From the NCBI GenBank assembly GCA_964016885.1, contig OZ024741.1, forward strand, positions 117,614,001-117,678,000: DNA of 64,000 bases, in the 5' to 3' direction. Position 1 is the first letter of the stretch; each line of letters begins with the position of its first letter. Position numbers and translations under genes: made by a program. Below, piece after piece: positions 13,268 through 25,103 of the stretch. Below the pieces are notes generated by a model. That model worked only from the letters and a program-made list of their open reading frames with translations. It was not told the DNA's origin and ran no database searches. The DNA comes from Eledone cirrhosa (Eukaryota).

Positions 13268-13494
13268 TTAACCCTTTTAATCCCAAACCACCTGAAACCA
13301 TACGTTTTGTTTTAAAATGTTTATACTTATCTAAAAACCTTCCATCATAATTTTATATAAGAACCATCGTTTTGTTATGTTACAAAGTCCACCTTAATAA
13401 TGAAAAAGTTAGTTATATTATTACTAATTCTCTTCAAATTTTTTATTATTTTCAAAATTAATTTTATTAGAAATATGCTTAACGAAAAGGTTAA
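13268..13494. mobile_element. piggyBac-like MITE with TTAA target duplication, nested in a SINE
   Basis: TTAA|CCCTTTT ... AAAAGG|TTAA. Relatives at about 11135-11522, 12068-12310, 18588-18798 and 55348-55617. Confidence 0.65.
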
Positions 13495-16124
13495 ATCTCA
13501 ATGGCCAAAATATCATAAACACATACATAAGCCTCACTGTGATCACAGCTTAAAATACCCATTGTGAGACTTGTATGTTTATTAAACATAAGCATATTGT
13601 AAATGCTGTTATAAACATAAGCATATTGTAAATGCATCTATTATGAGTTATGCTATGTTAGTGCTACTGCTAATAAATATATAGAGTATTTAAAATCCAG
13701 AATACTTAGAAACCCCATACAAATGTCAATTATAGTGTCCCATTCTTTTCATGATTTCTGTAGTGTATTTCTTTGTAGTAATTATTTCTTTTAAGTGCAA
13801 TAGTTTATTAAGAATTGAGTGTCTTTACCAGGCACACAGTATACTGTTAATGACATGACAGGGGACCCTCAAACAATACTTCAGTTAGTGATAGACCAGC
13901 CTACCACCAAAGAAAGCAGCTGCAGCCCTCTTTACCTTAACTCCCAACTTTCTGTAACAAAATATCTAAAAACAGGTTTGGTACTTCAAATGTTGAGATT
14001 TTTGTGAAAATTTGTAGTATACTAAAGACTTCAATTTTTAATGTGATATAGAGATAGCGCTCTTTTGTATTTTTCAAGAATGTTTTGCTAATGTGGTTGT
14101 ATGTGGTTGTTTCAAATGTTTATTATATCTTTATTAGTGCGAAGCAGTCATACTGTTGCTTTTTAAGAATGGCTTGTTAATGCAGTTTCATGCAATACAG
14201 GATGTTAAAAGTGAATATGCAGTTCATTATCATGTGCCATACTCTGCCAGAGGCTCATTCTTCTACTGTGAGAGGATGAATGTAGTTGTTTTGGTGGGAA
14301 GGCATATTTAATTTAGTTCTTCTCTTTCAGTCCTTCATACAGTACAGAGCAGTTGATAGTGAGTGTGCAAGTAGGAGAAAGTGATAGGAGAGATAGTAGA
14401 AGAGAAGCAGTGTAAGAGAGAGAGGGGGGAGCAGGAGGTTGAGAGTGGGAGAGGAAGACAGAGTGAAAGAGAAAGAGATGAAATTTTATGGACCTCAGAA
14501 GGATGAAAAGTAAAGCTCACCTGACAGGATTTGAACTCAAAATGGAACAAATACAAGAGACATATTTCCAACATTCTAATGACTTTGTTACTTGACTATC
14601 ATTAATGTGAAATGTAAAATGACTTATTTTGCAAATTTACATCTAAAAAAATCAATTTATATTTGTAGCATTACCATTAGACTTGTTCCTTATGGTTCAG
14701 TAAAAATGAAATAACAACAAAAATACTTTTCCTCTTATTGAACAGCATGGAATCAGGATACCACCTACTAAGTGTTAAAACACTGCTCTTAATTTACACC
14801 AATTGATTAGCAACCATCTTGTTTATATGCTTGTTAAAGTCAAATACATACATCACCACCACAAATCACCATCAATTTTGCATTTTTTTCCCCCCATGCT
14901 TGCATGGGTTAGTCAAGTCCTGTCTAGTTCAGTATGTCTTCACTTGTCTCTTTTCTTTGTTATTTCCTTTTTGAGGTCTAGATTCTTGTGATCAGCTTTC
15001 ACCTCTTCTGCCCATATCTTTCTTGGTTTTCTTCTTTTGTGACTGCCTTCCACTGGAACTCCTGTCATTTTTTCATGCAATGGTTATCCTTCATAGGCAT
15101 TACACCTCCGTGCCAGTACAATCTTCTCTCCTGCATGTAACATTTCATTCCTTTATCCTCATCTTTTCTCTCAACTCAACCATGCTTTGTTGTTCATGTA
15201 CATTACACATCCAACAGGGCATGCCTGTTTCTTGCCAGCCTTAGCATATTCTTTGCATTCATTACCATCTCATATGTAAAGTTGATGTATTTGTGTTTAA
15301 CCTTCAACAATGAATAAATCAACTTATATATTTACTCTATAATAAATATTGAGTTATTTCTCTTTTGTGGGCTACCAGGTTCACTAGATCGGAATCCCTT
15401 GTTCTAAGATGGTTGACTTTTTATCTTATATTGTTCTTTTTCCTTTTTTTCTTTGTCCCTCTTCCTTTGTGTGCTATCTCCCAAATATCCTGTTCTCTTT
15501 TTGTCTGCTTTATAATGAAGGACTAATGTCTAAAACGTTAAGACTATTTTCTAACTTATAAGCATTATTCTAATATACCATTATTGTAATGTGTTGTTCT
15601 CTGGTACAGTTTATATATATATGTATGTATGTATGCTGCGCATGTATGCTAATCAATTAACTATCTTATTTGATGCTAAAAAAATCCCCTCCCAGTTTTT
15701 GGAGGGGCTTTTTTTTCTCTGTTTATAAGTTAGTTGTTGTAGGTACTTAGCCTTTTTAGTAGGTTTGAAATCAATTATTATTAAGATGAACTAAGTGTTA
15801 TAAAATCAATCTTGTAAATAGAAACTTAAGAAACAAAAATAACTCTTTCAGGTGTTTGAAATTTTTTTGCTTAAAGTAGATTGTTTTGTTTTTATTCTTT
15901 TCTTTGAGGTGGGCATTGATTGCTTAATCAATATTGATTGAAATTTATCAAAGTAGTGAGATAGAAGTATGCTTATGAAATTATTGGAAATATAAGAAAT
16001 AGAAAAAAAAAAAGTTGGTATTTGTATTTCTGTGTCTTATTTAGTTAATATACACACATTTCTGTCTCGCTTTATTGAATTCCTACATTCACAGCTGCTT
16101 CTCTTCATATAGGTATTTCTTTTA

Positions 16125-16345
16125 CTAATACTACTACTACTAATACTACTCAATTCACCCACTTCTTTGTGGTGATATGATAGAACCTTTCCATCTCACA
16201 TCCTCCAACATTAACTGCCTCAGTTCCTCACCAAACAATTCTCTATTTTCCTCGACTCTTTTTAATGTCTTGAGAGATCTTCTGCATTTGCGTTTCACAT
16301 TAGTGGGCTCCCATAGTAAATGTTTTGTAGCAGGTTCTGTTAAGA
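16125..16345 (-). mobile_element. Decayed RTE-like LINE 3' end with (TAG)n tail
   Basis: Encodes EPATKHLLWEP..KRKCRR..ELRQLMLEDVRW, followed by a tag-repeat tail. Confidence 0.6.
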
Positions 16346-19086
16346 TGTGGTAAATTAGTAGAAGCGTCAGGGCATTGAACAAAATATTTTGCAGTATTTG
16401 TTACAGGCTATCAAATCCTGCCACAGTCATCTTTACCTTTCATCCTTCTGGGTTTGGTAAATAAAGTACCATTCTAAGGCAGTGGGCTGGTACAATTGTT
16501 AGAATTGTTCTGCCTCTATGCATTCTATGTGTAAATCTCGCCATGGCTTACTTGGCTGATAGATTTAATTCATTGCTTGGTTTAGTAACACCACCTGGCC
16601 CTTGGGTGCTTTTAGCAGTGTCAATTTTGTTGCAGCCAGGTCTCTTTTGTCTGAGGATATTGTCCTCATTCCATCTCATAATTCTTGGAGGCCATGAAAA
16701 AGATGATTACCACTGCTCTTCCTTTTCTGACTAAATGATAAATTTTTGAAAAATGGAGGATTTAAAAAAGTAGTTGAAGATGAAATTTAGCTGATAATAT
16801 TGTATTTGGAGTTGATATTCATGTTGTTTAGAATTTATTGGTGCGAATTATTTTCTTGGCAAGTGACTTGATCTGAGACTGTGTGTTGAAACTAAATCAA
16901 TTACATTGTGAATGAGTCATTTTAGCCATTCAAAAACACATAATAACTATTAATTTTACTTTATATTCATTATTTAAATCTTGGTGACAAAATTTCTGTT
17001 GCAATATTTTCAACCCAGTCACTTACACATTTCCTCGCAACTGTCATTTCACAGATGTCATATTTTATTAAGATATGTTGCTGAACTTTGTAAAATGAAG
17101 TCTTGACAAAATAAATTAGTTCTGTTGAAAACCTCAGTTTATTCTTGCAATAAAATCAAGGTAGTAATTTTAACTGCTCTGTTGTTTTGCCAGTTTTAAA
17201 CTAATCTATTTGAGCAATTATTGTCTTAGTTTTAGTAACTGACTCAGAAGATACTAGTTTCTTTTAGGTATTTTGCTCATCAAGTAACTTTCTGGAATTC
17301 TCTTAGTTACTGAACCTTCAACATCTCAATTTAAAATGTACAGTACACCATAAATGTCTGTAAAATGGTTGCATGGGTTTTAGTAATATAACTAACTTTA
17401 TTATTTAGCTGGTATTTGGAGAATAACTTAACCAAGGTTCTCATATAAAATTATATTAGAAGGCTTTTAGATAAATATAAATACTTTAAAACAAATAGTT
17501 TTGTTTCATAGCGGTTTGTTTTTAATCTTCTAAGTAATTTATCTTTTAACATCTTGTTATGATTGAACAGAAAATGTCTAAAAACTGATTGGCTAATTCA
17601 AATGTTTATAGTATCTTTGTATATAAACATTAATATTATTGTTGGAAAGATTTGCAGTATTAGTAGATAAAGAATGTTTAATGTTATACAGTTATAGTGC
17701 TGCTGCTTTGTACTTTTAAGAATGTCTTGCTAATGTGGTTTCATGCAGTAAAGGATGTGACGAGTTACAACTATATAAATCTCTAGATATTTTATTTAAA
17801 GCAAATGTCAAAATCTAAAAGGAAACAACAAAAAAGTTGTAATTCAGTTAAAGTAGGTGAATTGTTAGGTAGTATGGAAGAGTGCTATAAATGTAGAATA
17901 ACACACTTGTTGGTATAAGTTTCTCCATCTTATTCCTTGTATTTTTTAATTTGGAAGTAAAGAAAAGCTCTGATCCAATGAAACCAACTATGATCGGCTG
18001 CATTGCTAAAAATTTAATTATAAAGATAAATTGAATGTTATTCAATTTTAGGGAATTCTATTTTAGAAGCAATATTTGATAATGTTGATATTTAAGTTAT
18101 GACCAATATACATACATATGCATACAAGCATATGTACAAACATATACATACACACATACATATTTAACACATCTGTTAGAAGCAATACCTGATAATGTTT
18201 CCTAAGCAATGACCAATACATATATTTACTTCATCTTTTCTATTTTGGTTTTAAAAACATTTTATAATGTTTTCATCATAATGATTGTTGGTGGTGACAT
18301 CATCATCAATATATCTTCATTGTACTTCATTGCCTGTTGTGTTTTTTTCTGTTTACTTGGTCTGTGTGGTTAGTTGTGGTGATTTAATAATTGCATTTAA
18401 ACATCTAATAGTTGAGTTTTTAACTTTGATTTTCAAATCTTTATCTTTATCAGTAACTGGTAGTCACCAACACATTTTACTATTCCAATTTGATAGTAAC
18501 TAGTGCTAGTGTTCCAATTTGGAAGTCATAAGCTCAGTTTAATATTTTAGTTTGATAGTCAGGTCACTAACACATTTTTATTTTCTGAACCTTTTCATGA
18601 CGATATTTCTAATGAAATTACTCTTTATTTCAATTTATTAAAGAAGTTTGAGAGATTTACTAAAATGATCATTTCACTACTGTGATTGGTACTTATATAA
18701 AATTATGCTATTTTAATTTAAATAGGAACCCATTAAAATGGGTGGTTTTGTTTCATAGAACCAGAACTTGTTTTAGGTGGGTTGGTATCCCAAAAGTTAG
18801 TTAAAAATAGACTTATATTACTTCAAACACATGAACTTTTGGTAAACAACTGTGAAAATATTAACAAAACCAGTTTGGGGATTACATAATTTTTGTTCTG
18901 TTATTCATACTTAAATATCTTTTAACTCCTTGTATTCTTTAAATCCTGGTAAATTCTTTTTGGTTCTTGGTGAAAAAAAAATTCTTGTATTTTTAGCTCT
19001 GCACATGTGTTCTTCTGAGATAGTGCCATGTTTCCTGTCAGGTTCTCTGTACACAGATTTTTCTTTGATTCTATGATATTATCTGA

Positions 19087-19119
<33 letters not shown>

Positions 19120-21557
19120 ACACATCTATTACCACCACCTCCATCTTGTGTAAAAATTTAGTCTGGATGGAACTGAGAAAGTGTAAGCCTTCATCTACAA
19201 GTGGTTTTCTCTTTTGTTTTTTGTTTTTTTTTGCTAAGGAAATTATATTTTTTTAAATATTTAAAATGGATTTATCACAAGATAATTTCATATGGGTATT
19301 AGTTTTTTCCATTATTTAACTATATAATATCTTATTAACTCTTTCATAATCATATTTCTAATAAAATATACTGTATTTGAACTCAACATAACAGGCTGTA
19401 ACTAGACACTGTTTAATGTTTCTTCCAATCCATCCCCTGACTATAGGAAATATTTTATACAAAAGGCAGTTTAGAATGTATGGATATATACATCATCATT
19501 GTCGTCTTTACATCTACTTTTTCATGCTGGCTTGGACAGGTTTTTTTTATGGCAATGTTTTATGGGTAGAGGCCATTCTTGATGTCAACCCTTTCAGTTT
19601 CCTCTTATGGTGTACTTATTTTAAAAAACTTGGACTCACAACAACGGGGGTTTTAAGTCTATCTTCCTTGCTAAAAAACGAGTTAGCCTTACAGTCACCA
19701 TGACAGGTTTAATCATACCTATCACAGGAGTTTTTTGAAGTTGTGTTTTATGGACTGGTGCTGTTCCTAGCACTAACCCTTATGACACAGGGATATGGTA
19801 TACTTATTCTAAATCAGATACACAGTTCAAAAAAATAAAAAAAATGGAAATACACATAGTATAAAGAAAAAAATGGTGTATGCGTATATGCAAATGTGCA
19901 CTTCAAAATTTGATTAAAATTCTGATAATATATTAGATTTTTGTGAAAAAAAAAAAAAAAATTTAAGTAATCTTTTAGACTTTAGCATAATTAGAAGTGT
20001 TAGAATTAAAGTGATATAATCAAATTATGACATTACCTCAAACAAATCAAACCAACCCCACCCTTAAATATGAATGACTCTCTCATTAGTTGGTAATGAA
20101 ATGAGCCGCTATTTTCATTATACATTTGCTCTCACTTATCTTGAACTAGTGCGTGTTTGCATACTGTAAATTCTGTGTTCTGGAACAGGAATTTTATCTC
20201 CATACTTAACTGATAGGCCGATGACCAAATTAATCTATTAGCCTAGATTTACAAGCCAACGAGTGAGCCATTATATGGCTGCTCGACTAGCTAAAAATAG
20301 CAACCAAATTTCCCTCAGAGTGGACATACCATCTTTAAAAAAAATGGAACGACACATTGGATGAGAGGGCAACAAGTTGGTCATGGCCAACAAGTGAGCC
20401 ATTGAGGTTTTATCTATGGATCATGGACCGCTTCAAATGTTTATATGTAAAATATGATATGATATACACTTATAGGAAATACTAGAAAAAATCAAAGTGG
20501 GTTATAACAAAAACAAAGTTGCTAGGTATTCTTAAAAAATAGTTGCTAGGTTGGTCATAATTGGAATGACTTTCATCATAAGTCTAATTGATCAGAGCTA
20601 AACAACTTTAGCTTAGATTTCTAAATAATTTACATCATGAGAAATAGAATTTCATAGCTTACTTTTCTTGTAGAATTTGACACGCATTTTTAATTTCTGT
20701 AATTAGGTTTTCATACAGAAATGTTTTCCTTTTTTGTGTTAATTCATGGAATAGGCGTGGTGTTCCTCATGTTTTCGACCCTTTTAGTTGTGGGTTGGTC
20801 GAATTAAACAGATAAGATTAATTCAATTGAAAATTAATAGTGAAGGGAAAAAATGGTTTAGGAGAGAGTTCCATTGTAATACATGGGATATGGTTCTTTG
20901 GAGAGGATTGGATAAACCATTTTATGCGGAACTTGGTAAATAAATCATACTAGTGGGTAATATGAGGAATAAATAACAGTAAAGGAATTTAGTGGATTTA
21001 TGGAGGAAGGAGTGATGGTGACTAAGTTTGAAAGAACAGAAGCCATTGTAGTAGCAGTTGAAAAGATATAGAGGGCATATGGTTAGACAGTAGAATATTT
21101 CAATTCAGTCTGATGTGCGTGCATGTGTGTGTACCAGCTCAGATAAATGAACAGTATCCTAGTGTACAGCTTATTTTGGTTCAGTGAAAATTTAACCACT
21201 GTTCAGAACTGAACTATTTAGTGAACCGTAAGAGAAAACCCAAGCTTTGTTATAAAACCTCAATGATGTGTATCATTTCTATTATTTAGAATAAGATTGA
21301 GGACAGTGGATTGGTGGAGTTATTAGAGCATCAGACAAAATATTTTGTGGCATTTTGTTATAGCTCTTTATGCTCTGAGCTTAAATCCTACCAAAGTTAA
21401 TTTTGCCTTTCATCCTCCCAGGGTTGATAAAGTACCAGTAAAGTACCAGAGCCGATTTAATCAATTTGCCCCTCCCCTAAAATAGTTAGCTTTGTGCTTA
21501 TGTTAGAAACAATTATTTAGAGTAATATTTTAAATCTTAAAATATTTTGTTAATGGT

Positions 21558-21779
21558 ATTCACTAAATAAAAATATTTATTTAAAAATTTCTTATGGAGT
21601 TTTTCCTTTTTTGAAGAAGGAAGAGTTTAAGGAAAAGAAGAAACAAGATAGATAGAGGTTGATAACTGGGTCAAACTCATCTCAATCTTTCTTTTTTTTC
21701 TTTCTCTTAAATTCCTCAATCTTCAAGAAAGGAAAAACTTCATAAGAACTCTATAAATGTATATTCTTATTTAGTGAAT
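21558..21779. repeat. About 220-bp AT-rich foldback
   Basis: attcactaaataa..ttcttatggagtttttcctttt is mirrored by aaaggaaaaacttcataagaa..ttatttagtgaat. Confidence 0.85.
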
Positions 21780-22014
21780 TCCAATAGGAAGAAACAAAAC
21801 ATTTTTTTTAAAAATTATATTTCCATTTTCTTAGTTACTTAAGATGGTTAACAACTCTTACTTGTATTGTCTTATTCATATCCTTACATGAAGCAAAATC
21901 CTAATTTTTTCAATAAGTGGCCATAATGCATTCATTGGGTCTGGAGGGAATATATAGAAATGAATCAAGCATACTAGTTTGTGCATATAACGATAATATG
22001 CAGAAACAACAAAA

Positions 22015-22318
22015 CACATGAATTGTGAGAAAAACTGAGTGTAAGAGGAATCAGATGTAGTGTGCAGAAAGGAAGATTGCATTGGTATGGACAGGTAATG
22101 CATATGGATGCTGATTAATGAGTGAAGAAATGCCAGAAGTCCCAAGTGGAAGGGAGCTGCAGAAGAGGACAATCCAGGCAGAAGTGGTGACGGCTGATTT
22201 CAGGCTACTGAATCTTGCAAAGATGACAAAGGAAAGAAATAAGCTGAGAGATGTTATACTGGAGAGGCCTTATCTAACCCATTCTAGCATGGTAAACGTT
22301 GATGATAATGATGATATG
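22015..22318 (+). mobile_element. Decayed RTE 3' fragment ending about 90 nt before the FHOD exon
   Basis: Resembles the 3' part of RTE copy 1 (RRLxWYGxV, ctaacccat..tagcatgg, (GAT)n tail). Confidence 0.7.
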
Positions 22319-22405
22319 TTTCATTTATTTTATTTTTGTTCTTGTAACAGTTACTTTCAAACTAACTAACCTATATTTCTTTGTTTTTATTTCTATTTCT
22401 AACAG

Positions 22406-22527
22406 TTGGATGATTGTGCCTTACAAATATTCCGTTATCGTACTGGTGTCAGTGAGTATGGAACCTATTTGGATTTGGAGTCCACCCTAGCAGAGCAGGC
22501 TGAGGAACTAGAAGGATTTGTTGATAA
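22406..22527 (+). CDS. FHOD: FHOD-family formin, first visible coding exon (GBD region)
   Basis: Acceptor ttctaacag, donor gtaagt. 122 nt, phase 0->2. Encodes LDDCALQIFRYRTGVSEYGTYLDLESTLAEQAEELEGFVD, matching the recalled FHOD3 segment LDDCTLQ...YLDLEATLAEQRDELEGF. Confidence 0.93.
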
Positions 22528-23454
22528 GTAAGTTTCATTGACATCTTTTGTCAGTTGAATGGATGCCAAGAATTAAAATCAGAGGATCAAAACTAAAAAG
22601 ATTCCAATAAACTATACTGTATATACTTGTATATAAGTCATACATCCTTTGTTTATAATATTTTGACTTTCACTATTTAATATTTCAAGCCCAGAGCAAA
22701 GTTTGGTAAATAAGTCACATGTGACTTATCTACAAGTATTTATAGTATGTGCGTGTGTGTATATATATATATTGAGTTCTACTTCGATGATCATAGTAGC
22801 CCATGAAAGAAAGAGAATTCAATGTTTATAATAGAATATTGTACATAAGATTTATTTATATTCTTATAACTTGTGTGTGAAAGCTTAACAAACAACTGGT
22901 TTGTTGAAATATCATGACCATGTTGTAAGAATATGAAAAAATCTGCATATGTGTGTATGTGCTTCTTAATTTATATAAATGTGCTTTTTAATTTATACAA
23001 ATTCCATAATATTAAATATCAACCTTTGAGCTGCTTTTATTTGAAAAATTAAATTTAACACTTGTTAAGACATAAATTTTAAGTAACTGTAAAAGTGGAA
23101 AACATAATTTAATGAACTAAAATCTTATTTATCAATCTGTTGTGAATTAGAATGGATTTTTGTTTTTCTAATGAGAATTAATTTTATCGTAAATAGCTCT
23201 TTTGATACAAATCCACCTGAAACTGCCCCTGGTTTTACGATATGAAAGTGTCCCTTTTAAAGTGCTCAAACTTATATAAAGGGGTAGTGATCTCACAAGC
23301 CCTATTATTACTTCACAGTTGATGTTGTTGATCAAACATACTTGTAGTCAAAAGCATTCCAACTGTGACAACATTGTGTCTTTACTTATTTAATTCTTAA
23401 CATCCAGTAATGATTTAGCAGAAAATATTGTGTTAATATTGTGTTAATTCAAAT

Positions 23455-24030
23455 GATTCAATAAATAAAGTACCAGCCAACTGCTGATGTCAATTTAACC
23501 AACTTTTCTTTCCCATAAATTACTGGCCTTGTCCCTTAATCACAAACCCAGGAAAGTTGATGGACAGAATCATTAGAACATCAGAAAAATTTGTTTTACT
23601 GTATTTAGTTACAGCTCTTCACATTCTAGGTTCAAATCCCACCAAGATCAACTTTCATTCTTTGAGGTTAATAAAAATAAAGTACCAATCAAGTAGTGCG
23701 ATTGATTTAATTGACTATCTCCTCTTCCTTCAAAATTGCTGGACTTGTGCCTAAATTAGAAACCATTATTTTTACTATTATTATTACTATCATTAAGGCA
23801 GTGGATTGGCAGTATCGGTAGAGCACCGTACAACATGCTTTATGGCATAGTTACACCCCTTTACGATCTGAGTTCAAATCCCACTAAGGTTATCTTTGCC
23901 TTTCATCCTTAAGAGGTTGATAAAATAAAGTACCAGTAACATACTGGGGTCACTTTCATCGCTTGCCCCTCCCCCCAAATTGCTGGCCTTGTGCCTATAG
24001 TAGCAATTATTATTATTATTATTATTATTA
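23455..24030 (+). mobile_element. Tandem array of three family A SINEs (two old, one younger)
   Basis: Tail fragment at about 23455-23545, decayed copy at 23555-23770 and near-consensus long-form copy at 23797-24030. Confidence 0.82.
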
Positions 24031-24182
24031 TCAAAACAATGCCATTCTCATTCATATCTTGCATGACGGTTCTGATTTAATTCTGTTTTATTCTAATATA
24101 ATCTGGAACCAATAAAAGTGCTCAATCATTTAAATTGTGTGCTCTGAACATTGTTGGATGTTTTTCTCTGTCTTTTTGCTAG

Positions 24183-24203
24183 GAGGTCAACGAGAGAGCA
24201 AAG
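24183..24203 (+). CDS. FHOD: Candidate 21-nt alternative microexon of FHOD
   Basis: tttttctctgtctttttgctag|GAGGTCAACGAGAGAGCAAAG|gtatgt. Phase 2-2, no stop in the FHOD frame; replaces N with KRSTREQS. Confidence 0.6.
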
Positions 24204-24415
24204 GTATGTATCTGGAAGGTTGTCTTTGCCCGACTTTAGTAGCTGAGCAAGTTTTGTAGCAAAGACCTTTCCAAAGATATTAAACCTACTCATGTTTCCA
24301 GCACCATTTTCTCTTTAGCTGTATATGTTTTTAATATAAATGAACATTTTCCACCAAACATCCTGAAATTATATATATATATATATATATATTTATGTAA
24401 TTTCAGTATGTGTGT

Positions 24416-24468
<53 letters not shown>

Positions 24469-25103
24469 GTTCCTTTTCAATTTTACTAATCTGGTCACTT
24501 TTTTTTAGAAATGTTTCCTAAAAACAAAACCAATTTGATATATTTATAAATTTCCTTACCTTCAAATTCCATACGATTGGTATTATTTTCCTTGCATCTT
24601 TTGAACTTTTGACTGAAAACTAAATAGCAAATATGATGCCCTAGTCAGTCAATATTGTTTAATTACCAGCCAATCAACTAACTATCAAGAACATAGTCAC
24701 TATTTCTTGAATTACTAATAACAACTTCATATGCATTGTCTTGTTCTTTACACCAAACACAGTTTTGGAATGCAAATCCTTTTTCATCAACATTTTGAAA
24801 TGAATTGATATAAAATTACAATATGAAAAACATAGATATTAAAACCCACATGTGTTTATATTTACATTACAAATGTGCATTTCTAACTTATTGGATCTTC
24901 TCAATATAATGCAGGAACCTTAAATCTTACTTTTTCTTTTGAAAATGTAGCCACAACTTTGTAGTTTAAATTGAAATAATTTATGAAGATAGTTGTACCT
25001 GTGAACTGAAAAATTACTTTATATATATAACGATGTATGTGTACTTACATTATATGTCTGATCATGATGATGATGATGATATGTGTATATACATACATAT
25101 ATT

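Noticed and set aside
14331-14358. Possible 28-nt exon (tctctttcag...gtgagt)
   Set aside because: It is not frame-preserving, has no homology, and sits among repeats.
1-22405. FHOD first coding exon (expected CRVQ.LDD.DPF...PEP..PP motif)
   Set aside because: I could not find it by eye; it most likely lies upstream of the window.
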